Source of the DNA: Polyangiales bacterium
Lineage (GTDB): Bacteria; Myxococcota_A; Polyangia; Polyangiales; Ga0077539
DNA length: 64,000 nucleotides
Reading direction: 5' to 3'
Assembly: GCA_044229975.1 (NCBI GenBank)
Contig: JBGARZ010000007.1
Location: forward strand, 288,001-352,000
The position numbers were made by a program, and so were the translations under genes. The notes below the pieces were generated by a model. It was not told the origin of the DNA, did no database searches, and saw nothing but the letters and a program-made list of their open reading frames with translations. This document shows, piece after piece, positions 9,416-19,747 of this stretch. Positions within the stretch are counted from its first letter, which is position 1. The number at the start of each line of letters is the position of its first letter.

Positions 9416-10279
9416 ATGCCCCTCGAAGGTCGCGGCGAACACTACTCCCGTCTGCGCGGCGCCATCGAGTGGACGCTGGCCCACCTCTACCGCGGCGGCT
9501 GGTCGGCCCGTGTGGTCCGTCGGCTCGGGCTCCAGTCGCCGGTGCGCGTCGTCCGCCACCGTGTCGCCGTCGCGCGCTGGCCCGCCGGCCTCCGCCCGCT
9601 GCGCATCGCCTTCGCGTCCGACCTGCACGCGGGGCCGACGACGCACCCGTCGCTCCTCGACGAGGTCGTGCGCGCCATCGAGGACGCTTCTCCCGACGTG
9701 GTGCTGCTGGGCGGCGACTACGTGTTCATGGATGCCCGCGAGGTCGGCGCGCTCACCACGCGGCTCGCTCGACTCCGCGCGACGCCGCAGCGCTTCTGCG
9801 TGATGGGCAACCACGACCTCTGGGCCAACGACGCGCGCATCGCCGACGATCTCTCGGGCGCCGGGTTCGCGCTGCTGCGCAACGGCTCCGTCCATCTCGC
9901 GCCGCCCTTCGACCACGTCTCCATCTGCGGCCTCGACGAGCCCTGGACGGGCTCTCCCGACCCTCGCGCCACCTTCGCCGACGCCCGCGACGTTCGCGTG
10001 CTGCTGGTGCACGCGCCGTCGGGTCTGCTGCTCACGGGCGATGAGCGCTTCGACCTCGCGCTCTGCGGCCACACCCACGGCGGCCACATCGCGTTGCCCG
10101 GTGGTGTTCCCATCGTGTCGGTGGGGCCGCTCAGTCGACGGTACCCGCACGGTGAGCACCGCCTGCCCGACGGCGCGACGCTCATCGTGAGCCGCGGCGT
10201 CGGCGCGACCGAGAGCCCGCTGCGGCTCTTCGCCGACCCCGACGTGCGCGTCGTCGAACTGGGGCCGGAGTTCGCGTGA
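9416..10279 (+). CDS. calcineurin-like metallophosphoesterase (YkuE-like)
   Basis: SDLH, GGDY, GNHD, LVHAP, GHTHGG and VSRGVG motifs. Confidence 0.92.
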   Translation: MPLEGRGEHYSRLRGAIEWTLAHLYRGGWSARVVRRLGLQSPVRVVRHRVAVARWPAGLRPLRIAFASDLHAGPTTHPSLLDEVVRAIEDASPDVVLLGGDYVFMDAREVGALTTRLARLRATPQRFCVMGNHDLWANDARIADDLSGAGFALLRNGSVHLAPPFDHVSICGLDEPWTGSPDPRATFADARDVRVLLVHAPSGLLLTGDERFDLALCGHTHGGHIALPGGVPIVSVGPLSRRYPHGEHRLPDGATLIVSRGVGATESPLRLFADPDVRVVELGPEFA

Positions 10280-10492
10280 CCCCAATGAGTCGAAGTGCAG
10301 TCGCTCACTCCGGGCTATTTCACGTGGTCACCTCGCTGCGCGAGGTTGCAGGAAGCCTCCGCCGACAATGAACGAGTCGATGGGTTGTTCGTTGAAACCA
10401 GTGCTGCAACCTCGCGCAGCGAGGTGACCACGTGAAATAGCCCGGAGTGAGCGACTGCACTTCGACTCATTGGGGTCACGCAAACTCCGGCC
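10263..10492. repeat. long palindromic REPIN/MITE-like element, copy 2
   Basis: 89-nt inverted arms (10263-10351 and 10404-10492, one mismatch) around a 52-nt spacer; homologous to 1609-1874. Confidence 0.9.
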
Positions 10493-10497
10493 ACAGC

Positions 10498-12411
10498 TCA
10501 CCGCTCCTCCACCGGCTCCGCCTGTCGCGTCGTCGGCGCCTCCGTTCGTACGCACCCGTACGATCCCAGCGCCGCCCACGGTGTCGCCGCGAGAAAGTCC
10601 GTCCGTTGCAGCCGTTGCGCCGCCTGTCGCAGCGCCGCTCGCAGCCTGCACCGGGCTCGTACGTCCATCGCCTCGGGCGGCTGAAACCCCACCGCCCCAC
10701 GCAGCCACGGGTCGACCAGCTCGCGCCCCTCGGTCACCCGGTACGCCACCACCGCGAGCGCCTCCACCGCCTCCACCGTCGGGTCGCCCAGCGCCGCGAT
10801 CACCTCCTGCGCGCGGTGCCCGTTGGCCGCCGCCGTGACCCGCGCCATCGCCTCGGCGCGCTCCCTGGCCGGGACATCCCTCGCGGGAACATAGTCCCCC
10901 AGCCGCCACCACTCGACCTGCGCCGCGAGCCGCGCGCCCGACGACGCCGTGTTGAGCTCCGCCGAGCGCCACGGGTTGTTGAGCTCGTCGAGGCCCACCC
11001 CGACACCCGGGAGGCGCGCGATGATGGGCCGCAGCGAGTGGTCGGTCGATGGCAGCCCTCGCATCGTCTCGGCCACCGACGCCCAGGTGTAGCCCTGCGG
11101 CCACGGCTGCCCCGCCGCGAAGCGCAGGTCGAGCGTGTCCACCGCGAGCGTCGCGCCCGCCGCCGCGAGCTGCCGGACGTTGCTGCGCAGGAGCGATGGC
11201 CGGCGCCACCACATCGGTCGCCAGGGTGGTCCGTAGGTGGTCGCCCGCAGCGCGATGCGGTGCTCGATCACCAGGCGGGCGAGGTCGCGCGACACGTCGT
11301 CGGGGCAGCCCACCGGGCCGCACGCAGCCACCGCGTCGCGCACGCAGCGCACCGTGTCGCGCAGGAGGAAGGGCAGCCGTGGGTCGGCCAGCGCGCCGCG
11401 CAGGATCGCCCCGTCGCGCGCGAGGCAGGAGAGGGTCACTCCGTCGGGTCGCGCCCGCGCGGTCTCCTCGCGAACGGCCTGCGAGAGCGGGTGTTCGTCG
11501 ATGCGCGTGCGGAGGTTGCAGCGGTCATCGGGCCACGGGTCGCGCCCGGTGCGACGGAGAAACTCCGCCGCGAGCGCGCAGTCCCCGGTGGCTTCGACGG
11601 CGTGGGCGATGCGGTCCATGGCTGGGGCGTCGATCCATGGGATGGGTCGTTCGGTGGGCCGTCCCGCGCGCAGGATGCGTTGCGCGCGACGATGATGGAG
11701 CGGGCTCACGTTGGCGAGCGCGAGGTGCGCGCGTTGGTACGGGGTCCAACGAACCTCCCAGCGGAGGCCGTGCGCCGTCATGGCGACGGGGCGCGCGACG
11801 GGCGCGATGCGACCGAGGGCGCGGTGTGCGGCCGCGACGACGCCCGCGAACAGCGCGACGACGACGACCGCGAGGGCGATGGACCAGCGGGCGTACGGGA
11901 CGTCTCGCACGACGCCCGGATCGAGCGCGGCCATGGGGATGGCGTCGCCGTCGGCGCGGAGCGACCAGTGACCTACGTCGGCGCGGGTCGCGTCGTCGGT
12001 CGTGGGCTCGTCCTCGTGGCAGTGGAGCACACCGCGCGCGCGCACCCGGACGCCGCGGGCGAGGGAGCGGCGGTCGGACGGTGCCCACGGTTCGACGCTG
12101 CCGAGGAGCAGTCGTCGCGGTCCGTCGAGGGTGACGCGTCGGCCGCCGACCATGATCCAGGCGGGGCCGTCGGGGGCTTCGTCGCGACCGTAGTGGCCGT
12201 CGAGGGTGACGACCGACCCGACGCCCGCGAAGGGGTCGCGCGCAGGATCACCGAGCGCCCGGAGCGCGACGTGAAACCGGGCGCGAAACCGGGCCCGCGA
12301 CGCGAGGTACATCGCCGCGAGGGAGACGCCGACGAGCAGGCCCAGCGCGATGAAGGTCAGCGGCGGTCCGACGCGCAACGCTAGAGCGACCAGGGCCCGC
12401 ACGCGCGGCAA
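10498..12411 (-). CDS. hypothetical membrane protein
   Basis: 637-aa ORF with two hydrophobic segments; no family recognised. Confidence 0.55.
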   Translation of the reverse strand: MPRVRALVALALRVGPPLTFIALGLLVGVSLAAMYLASRARFRARFHVALRALGDPARDPFAGVGSVVTLDGHYGRDEAPDGPAWIMVGGRRVTLDGPRRLLLGSVEPWAPSDRRSLARGVRVRARGVLHCHEDEPTTDDATRADVGHWSLRADGDAIPMAALDPGVVRDVPYARWSIALAVVVVALFAGVVAAAHRALGRIAPVARPVAMTAHGLRWEVRWTPYQRAHLALANVSPLHHRRAQRILRAGRPTERPIPWIDAPAMDRIAHAVEATGDCALAAEFLRRTGRDPWPDDRCNLRTRIDEHPLSQAVREETARARPDGVTLSCLARDGAILRGALADPRLPFLLRDTVRCVRDAVAACGPVGCPDDVSRDLARLVIEHRIALRATTYGPPWRPMWWRRPSLLRSNVRQLAAAGATLAVDTLDLRFAAGQPWPQGYTWASVAETMRGLPSTDHSLRPIIARLPGVGVGLDELNNPWRSAELNTASSGARLAAQVEWWRLGDYVPARDVPARERAEAMARVTAAANGHRAQEVIAALGDPTVEAVEALAVVAYRVTEGRELVDPWLRGAVGFQPPEAMDVRARCRLRAALRQAAQRLQRTDFLAATPWAALGSYGCVRTEAPTTRQAEPVEER

Positions 12412-12470
12412 GCTATCACCACGGCGGGGCCTCTCATGGCGCCCCGGGCGTGATAGCGTCGTTCGCCGTC

Positions 12471-13592
12471 ATGGGAACAACGCGCACACCCTCCCTGGGG
12501 TTTCTTGCGTCCGTGGTGCTGTTGTCTGCCTGCTCCCCTGACGGGGTGGAGGAGGTCTCCGTCGTCGCCGACGACGTCCCTGCCGCCGTCGATCGCGCCG
12601 CCGCCCCCGACGCCCCGACACCCTCCATCGACGTCGTCTCTTCGCGCGACGCCTCCGCGCCTCGCGACCTGCCGACCATCCTCGACGTCCCGTTTGCGAT
12701 CGATCGTCCGCCGACCATCGTCGACGTCCCACCGACCATCGTCGATGTCCCGCCGACCATCGTCGACACGGGCCCGCCCGACACCGGCTGCACGCTCCCG
12801 CCGCCCGCCGCGCGCCCGCCCGCCACGGGGCCCGACGGGTCGGCCATCGTCCGCGCCATCGCCGCCGAGCACCCCGACTGGCTGCGCGACTCGTGCGTCC
12901 CCATGGGCGGCAACTACCGCTTCCTCTTCGAGGCCGTGCGCCGCGGGCGCGCCGTCGATCCGCGCTGGGGCCTCGACCGTCGCACCGGCTCCCTCAGCGG
13001 CGACATCGTCACGTACTTCTACGGCGACGGGTGCCCGGAGGGACGCCGCGAGGTCTACATGTTCGACATCATCACCCGGCACTGCGCCATCGCCGGGGTG
13101 CACGAGCCCGCCGCGCCCGGTTGGATCGACCGCTCCTCCGAGGGCGGCGTCTGGACCCTCATGGGCTACGACGCCACGCCCCCGCCCGACGCCGGAACGC
13201 CCGTCGTCGATGTTCCACCCACGCGCCCGCCGCTGCCCAACGGCCGCCCCACGCTGGAGGAGGTCGCGCGCGATCACGCCGACTGGCTCCGCAACTCCTG
13301 CATCACCATGGGCGGCAACAACGACTTCCTCTTCGAGGTGGTGCGCCGCCTCCGTCGCATCGATCCCCGCTGGGGCCTCAACTGGAAGCGCGGCCGCGTC
13401 GGCGACATGTCCCAGGACGTCGTCTCGTACTACTTCGGCCCCGGCGCCCCGGTGGAGGGCAGCCTCGACGTCTACATCGTCGACGTCATCGCGGGCCACT
13501 GCGGCGCGACCCCTGGCACCACCTGGATCGACCAGACCGGCGTCGGCGGCGCCGAAGCCCGTTGGACCCTCGCGGGTCGCACCGACCTCTGA
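12471..13592 (+). CDS. lipoprotein with Asp/Pro linker and two copies of an unknown ~100-aa domain
   Basis: Lipobox LLSAC; repeated PPTIVDV linker; duplicated H.DWLR.SC..MGGN..FLFE.VRR.R..DPRWGL domain. Confidence 0.8.
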   Translation: MGTTRTPSLGFLASVVLLSACSPDGVEEVSVVADDVPAAVDRAAAPDAPTPSIDVVSSRDASAPRDLPTILDVPFAIDRPPTIVDVPPTIVDVPPTIVDTGPPDTGCTLPPPAARPPATGPDGSAIVRAIAAEHPDWLRDSCVPMGGNYRFLFEAVRRGRAVDPRWGLDRRTGSLSGDIVTYFYGDGCPEGRREVYMFDIITRHCAIAGVHEPAAPGWIDRSSEGGVWTLMGYDATPPPDAGTPVVDVPPTRPPLPNGRPTLEEVARDHADWLRNSCITMGGNNDFLFEVVRRLRRIDPRWGLNWKRGRVGDMSQDVVSYYFGPGAPVEGSLDVYIVDVIAGHCGATPGTTWIDQTGVGGAEARWTLAGRTDL

Positions 13593-13595
13593 CCA

Positions 13596-13766
13596 TCAGC
13601 CCCGCTCGCTGAGCATCTCGTCGATGGCCCGGCGCCGCGCCTCGCGCACTGCGACGGAGGCCCATCGCAGGAGCTCGGCGGGCATCCGCAGCACGACCTC
13701 GGTCGCGTCGTCGGTCGGCGCCTGGGGCGATGGATCGGTCGGTGGATCAACCGTGGCGAGGTGCAC
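13596..13766 (-). CDS. possible 56-aa small protein
   Basis: GTG start with GAGG upstream; reads VHLATVDPP...EVVLRMPAELLRWASVAVREARRRAIDEMLSERG; fills an intergenic gap. Confidence 0.35.
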   Translation of the reverse strand: MHLATVDPPTDPSPQAPTDDATEVVLRMPAELLRWASVAVREARRRAIDEMLSERG

Positions 13767-13839
13767 GGCCTCGCTCTACCAGCGACCCGCTCGCAGGCCG
13801 ATGACACGTCGATAGCAGCCGATATCAACCCGCTGGAAT

Positions 13840-14717
<878 letters not shown>

Positions 14718-14721
<4 letters not shown>

Positions 14722-16751
14722 CGCGGCGCCAGCGCGATGCCGCGGAAGACGGTGTTGGTCGCCGCGGAGCGCAGCGCGGTACCCATCACTCCGGTCGGGG
14801 CGGTGCCGTTGTCGGTGAATCGCACGATGCGCGAGACGGTCTCCGCGGTGGTCACGAAGAGCTGCACGTTGGCGCCATCGACGAAGCCCGTGACCGAGCG
14901 GCAGCCGCTGGTGATGCCCATGGCGTAGGTCCCGATCAGCGACCAGGTGCCACCGGAGAGGGTCCACTTCTGGAGGCCGCCGCCCGAGGCCAGGGCGCGA
15001 TCACTGCACTGGTAGATCGCGTCGATACCGGGCGTCGAGTCACGGTCGAAGGCCGCGAAGCCGAAGGGCGACGGCGTGGGGCTCCCGGTGGTCGGGAAGC
15101 CCGGAAGCAATGTGCCCACGTTGCCGTCCACGCGGAACACGCCGTACTGGCTGCCCGTCGCGACGCTGCCGAAGATCGCGCCGTCGTAGTAGGTGACGAA
15201 GCGGGCGTTGCCCAGCGCCGGGACGAGCGGGGTCAGCATCGCGGAGGCGGGCGAGCCCAGCGGCGCGCTGACGATGGCGCCCGCGGTGTTGGCGCCGATC
15301 GCCAGGAACGAGCTCCCGTCGAGCGACGCCGCCCCGCGGACGTTGTTGCCCGAGAACGACGACCCGAGGAGAGTGGTGGTGTCCACGACGCCTGCCGCAG
15401 ACACGCGAGCGACGACACGGCGCACCGTCGACGACGGGGTGCCGGTGACCGAGGCGGTGCCGGGCGCGACGGCATAACCGGCGAGCACGGCGAAGCGGCG
15501 GTCGACGCTGCGCGTGAGCTGGCCGTCGCTGTCGGAGGTCCCAGAGGTGGTGAAGGGGTTGTTGGCGCCATCCATGGCGACGGGGAGGGCGATGGCTGCG
15601 GCCGAGTCCATGCCGTCGCTGAGGCGCACACGGTCGATGAACACCGCCGTAGAAGCGTTGGTCAGCGCGGCCGCGCCGCTGCCGATGCGGACCACCCAGA
15701 GGTCCGTCGGCGCGGGCTCGGTGCCCGCGTCGGGGACACCCGTGTCCGGCGCACCGCCTGCGTCGGGCGTCCCCACATCGGGCGTTCCTGCGTCGATCGT
15801 TCCGCTGTCGACGGGCGGCGTCCCCGCGTCCATGGGCGTCCCGCTGTCGACCGGCGGTGTCCCCGCGTCGGTGCCCGCGTCGGTCTCGGTCGGGCACGTC
15901 CCGAGCGTGAAGTCGGCCGCGGCCCAGGCGTGCACCTGGGTCTGCGTGTTGAAGCGCCAGAGCGGCGCCGTCGTGGTGAACGTGCACCCCTGCCGCAGCC
16001 CCATCGAGGTGCGCAGCGCCGTCGGAACGCGCAGCCGCAAGCCCGTGACCACCGCGGGGATGCCCATGGTGGTGATCTGCGCCGACTCGAAGCCGGTGCC
16101 CGCCGAGCCGAAGCCCCCGGCGACGGTGCCCTGCACCCGCACGAGCTCGTGCTCGTAGCCGTCCAGGCCCGTCACGAGGTCGGCAGCGGCGGAGAGGTCT
16201 TGTCGGAGCGCGGCGAGGTCGGTGCCTGTGCCCGCGCGGGAGAAGCCCGTGACGGCGGTGATCCACTTCGCGCCGCCGCGCACCGCCCCCTGGGTCGCGG
16301 TGAAGGCCACGCGGTCGCCCGCCTCGGGCGCCGGCGTGAGCGTGGTCGGATCCACCGCGACGAAGATCGCCGGACCCGTCATGCCCTGCTGCACGAAGAA
16401 GCCCGCCGGGTCGTTGGCCGACACACCACCGTCGGCCGCCGTCGCTGCGACGCGCGCGGTGACCACGAGGTCGCTGAGCGCGGCGCTGAGCGTGACCGCC
16501 GCGGTGCCGGTGATGGCGGCGCGCACGGCCGCGAGCGAGCCCGCGGGCGCGTCGGTGGGCGTCTGCGTGTCGGTCGGCGTCTGCACGTCACCGGGCGTCT
16601 GCACGTCGGTGGGCACCTGCACGTCGCGACCGACGTCGGAGGTCGTCCCCGCGTCGTCGCCGACGGTGTTGATGGCGGTGGGCGAGGAGTTGCAGCCGAC
16701 GCCCACCGCGGCCGCGGCGAGGAGGAAACAGGTCGTTCGGTGACGCATCAT
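14718..16751 (-). CDS. secreted lipoprotein with OB-fold-like and beta-rich C-terminal domains
   Basis: Signal peptide and lipobox GVGC; DAG/DVQTP linkers; GFFVQ...GDRV motif typical of extracellular OB folds; C-terminal GGGLQKW...FRGIALAP. Confidence 0.75.
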
Positions 16752-16860
16752 GGCTCTGAGGTTCTCCGCTCCCGGTACGGGGTGCGCGCAACCGTAGCGC
16801 CCTCGGGGTCGCTTCGTCGATGGCGCTCGTGTGTCTACGACCGACACGCCTCTGCCATGG

Positions 16861-17463
16861 TCAGAAGACGGTGCAGAACCCGCCGCGGCAGGGGCCGCGG
16901 TTGCACGCTCCGCCCCCGCAGCAGAGCTGGAAGTCACCGCCGCACGGCGTGCAGAACGCCACACCCGGGTTCACGCAGGTCAGGCCCGACCGACAGGACA
17001 TCGCCCCGGCGCAGCAGCGCTGCATGTTGCTGCCACACGTCGGGTCCAGCGGAACGTCCACGGTCCCGCTGTCGACCACCACCGGGACATCGGGCACGCC
17101 CACGTCGGGGCTCCCCACGTCGGGCACGCCGACATCCAGCACGCCCGTGTCGGGCACGCCCGCGTCGGGCACGCCCACGTCCATCACGCCGGCATCCATC
17201 GGCCCGGTGTCGACCACACCCGCATCGCGCCCGGCGTCGACCCCGAGGTCTACCGTCGGTGGTCGATCGATCGCCGTCACCACGTCGACGGCGATGCCCA
17301 GGTCGACGGGCGTCGGGCGATCGATGGGCTCCGCCACGTCCACGGCCGCGCCCACGTCCGTCGCGACGTCGTTGGTCGGCGGAACGATCACCTGCGGGTT
17401 CTCCAGGGCGCACGCCCCGAGCCCCGACAGCACCAGCACCAGAAGTGTCCGCGACCCGGCCAT
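16861..17463 (-). CDS. lipoprotein with DVG/DAG repeats and Cys-rich tail
   Basis: Lipobox LGAC-ALENP; DVGVP repeats; CG...Q.CC Cys repeats. Confidence 0.8.
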   Translation of the reverse strand: MAGSRTLLVLVLSGLGACALENPQVIVPPTNDVATDVGAAVDVAEPIDRPTPVDLGIAVDVVTAIDRPPTVDLGVDAGRDAGVVDTGPMDAGVMDVGVPDAGVPDTGVLDVGVPDVGSPDVGVPDVPVVVDSGTVDVPLDPTCGSNMQRCCAGAMSCRSGLTCVNPGVAFCTPCGGDFQLCCGGGACNRGPCRGGFCTVF

Positions 17464-17527
17464 GGCCCGCGTCTGTAAACCACCTCCGCGCGCGACGCTA
17501 TGGCTCCGGACGAAGGACCGGTGAGCG

Positions 17528-18778
17528 TCAGGGCGCGGTGGGCGCCGACGCGAGCTGTATCCAGGTGGCGACGTTGGTGAACGACGCGGTCACCCGCTGC
17601 GAGAGCCCACGACCACCGTTGGCATCGGGCGCGCTCACGCGAACGGTGCACGTGCCATCGCGGAGCAATCGGGCCGCCGTGTGGCCGTGGTTGAGGTACG
17701 TCGGGCCGTCGAGGCCGTTGGGGTTGACCGGCACCACGTCGCAGACATCGGGCGTCTCGGTCGTGAGGGTGAACCACCGTGCGTCGACGTCGTCGCAGAG
17801 CCGGTCGTCGCCGACGGTCGCGTTGGGGATCTGAAAGTAGACGCCCCCCAACGCGCGATTGCCGCCGGTCAGGGACGCGCCTTCGGTGACCTCGTGGGTG
17901 GCCCCGGCCTGACCGGGGATGAAGAAGCGGACGGTGGCGGTGGTGAGGTCGCGCGCCGTCACGCCGCACTCGACCGATGGGTGGTCGTTCGTCTCGGGGG
18001 AGGAGAAGGCGAGGTGCGCGCGGGTCGATGGGAGGCGGAGCTCGTCGGGTGACTCGGGCGCTTCACCGAGGTCGACATCGGACTCGATGAACAGGGGAAA
18101 GGGCGCCGTGCGAAGCACGTTGTTGAAGGTCTCCGGCCTGCCCGCGGCGGGCTCGAACGCGAGGCTCACCGGCAGGCCCGTCTGGCAGCGGACGAAGCGG
18201 GCGACGCGCGCCGCCTCGCAGCGCCCCGCGCGGGTGATGCGAACGCGCCCGGGGTCGGACGTCACGTCGATGTGGAGCGTGGTCGCGTGAGGCAGACGAG
18301 AACCGACGGGCGGCGTTCGGCCGCAGGTCGTGCGGCCCTGGGTGTACTCGCCGCGCAGGACGAGCGTGGTGACGCCGTCGGCGACGGGGCGGATGCGCAC
18401 GACGTCGTCGTCGAGCGCCGCCGTGACGGGCGCGCCCGGAGGGACGTCGAGGGCCTGGAGGACGAGACGCCCCGACTCCTCGCCGCAGGTGTCGATCGCC
18501 GGGGCGATGGTGAGCTCGTACTCCGTCGGGAGATCGGCGTGGCGCAACAGGTTGATATTGACGTTGCGGGTGAGCGGCCCGACGGCGCGGTTGATGATCG
18601 GGACGTGGCGCTCGCCCGCGACGCCGCGGCGTGGGAGCTGCAAACGATGGGGGAGAGCGGTCGTGGTCGCGGTAGATGCCGGGGGCGCGGGTGTGGTCGG
18701 GCGCACCGCATTGGTGACGACGGCGTGGGTGCACCCAGCGAGAAGCAGGAGCGCGAGGACAGGTCGACGGCGGTTCAA
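17528..18778 (-). CDS. hypothetical lipoprotein
   Basis: RRRPVLALLLLAGC signal after a TTG at 18778 (ATG 18862 is an alternative); beta-rich with paired Cys. Confidence 0.6.
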   Translation of the reverse strand: MNRRRPVLALLLLAGCTHAVVTNAVRPTTPAPPASTATTTALPHRLQLPRRGVAGERHVPIINRAVGPLTRNVNINLLRHADLPTEYELTIAPAIDTCGEESGRLVLQALDVPPGAPVTAALDDDVVRIRPVADGVTTLVLRGEYTQGRTTCGRTPPVGSRLPHATTLHIDVTSDPGRVRITRAGRCEAARVARFVRCQTGLPVSLAFEPAAGRPETFNNVLRTAPFPLFIESDVDLGEAPESPDELRLPSTRAHLAFSSPETNDHPSVECGVTARDLTTATVRFFIPGQAGATHEVTEGASLTGGNRALGGVYFQIPNATVGDDRLCDDVDARWFTLTTETPDVCDVVPVNPNGLDGPTYLNHGHTAARLLRDGTCTVRVSAPDANGGRGLSQRVTASFTNVATWIQLASAPTAP

Positions 18779-18948
18779 GGCACGGTGCTCCGATGGCGAG
18801 GAAGGTACCAACCTCGTCGGGTTGTCGAGTGGTGCCGATCGTGGACGTGGGGAAGGTCTCATAGTCGTCGTTGACCCAATAGCGCGGCGATCTGTTAGCG
18901 TCCGCGGGTCTGCGAGGTGAAGTCTGGCTGTGCAACGGTAGAGGAGGG

Positions 18949-19719
18949 ATGACGATGCGGGAAAAGACAGTCCGATGTCTGCGGGCCGCTCAGCGATGGG
19001 TGTTTGTGTGCCTGGGGTTGGTCGGAGCGGGGTGCACCCCTCCAACGCCCGCAACCCCCATCGCGGCCGATCGACCGCGCCCCGTCGACGTGCCGACCAA
19101 CGGCAGGTGCGAGGGCGTTCCCGGGATGCGATGTCACGGGCTGCCTCCGCCCGAGGAGCGTGAAGGAGGCGTGCCTCCGCCCGAGTTGGACGCCGCGGTG
19201 CGCGTCTCATCGTGGGAAGACGATGGTGGGACGCAGTACACTCGGCAGGTCGATCCGGGGCCCTTCCAGATCTGGGAGTACCTCGGCAACACCTGGGTGT
19301 TGGAGGGAATCATCTACGTCACGGCGGACTCGGCCAATCCCATGATGCTCACCGAACGCTGGGCGTTTTCGCACTATGACGCCTCGACGAACGTCGGCGG
19401 ATACCGCCATCCGCGGTTTGACTTCACCACCGCGCACCTGGCGTTCATCCGCCTGACTACGAGCCCGACAGCGAAGACCGATGCTGCGTTCCAACTCTGG
19501 GCGGGAAACCAATTGCGGGCGCTCGCCGTGGCCTATGCGCCCCAGACGGCGAAGTTCGACAACCCGAACATCGAATACATGAACGCCGCAGTGACCTGTC
19601 CCGCGACGCTCTACTATGGCGGTACGTGCGGTGCGGTTGCCCTGAGCGCGACGACCACCAGCCGCGTGCCGCCCGGGCTGCCTCCGCCTCCGCCGTTGGT
19701 CCCCTCTCAGCAGCGCTGA
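18949..19719 (+). CDS. hypothetical lipoprotein
   Basis: GGAGG-like SD upstream; lipobox VGAGC; directly upstream of the kinase gene. Confidence 0.6.
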   Translation: MTMREKTVRCLRAAQRWVFVCLGLVGAGCTPPTPATPIAADRPRPVDVPTNGRCEGVPGMRCHGLPPPEEREGGVPPPELDAAVRVSSWEDDGGTQYTRQVDPGPFQIWEYLGNTWVLEGIIYVTADSANPMMLTERWAFSHYDASTNVGGYRHPRFDFTTAHLAFIRLTTSPTAKTDAAFQLWAGNQLRALAVAYAPQTAKFDNPNIEYMNAAVTCPATLYYGGTCGAVALSATTTSRVPPGLPPPPPLVPSQQR

Positions 19720-19747
19720 GTCGAGTCGGGGCCCTTCGGAAGTCATT

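Noticed and set aside
8621..10285. 554-aa version of the GST ORF
   Set aside because: The extension is antisense to the metallophosphoesterase gene; GST homology starts at ATG 9340.
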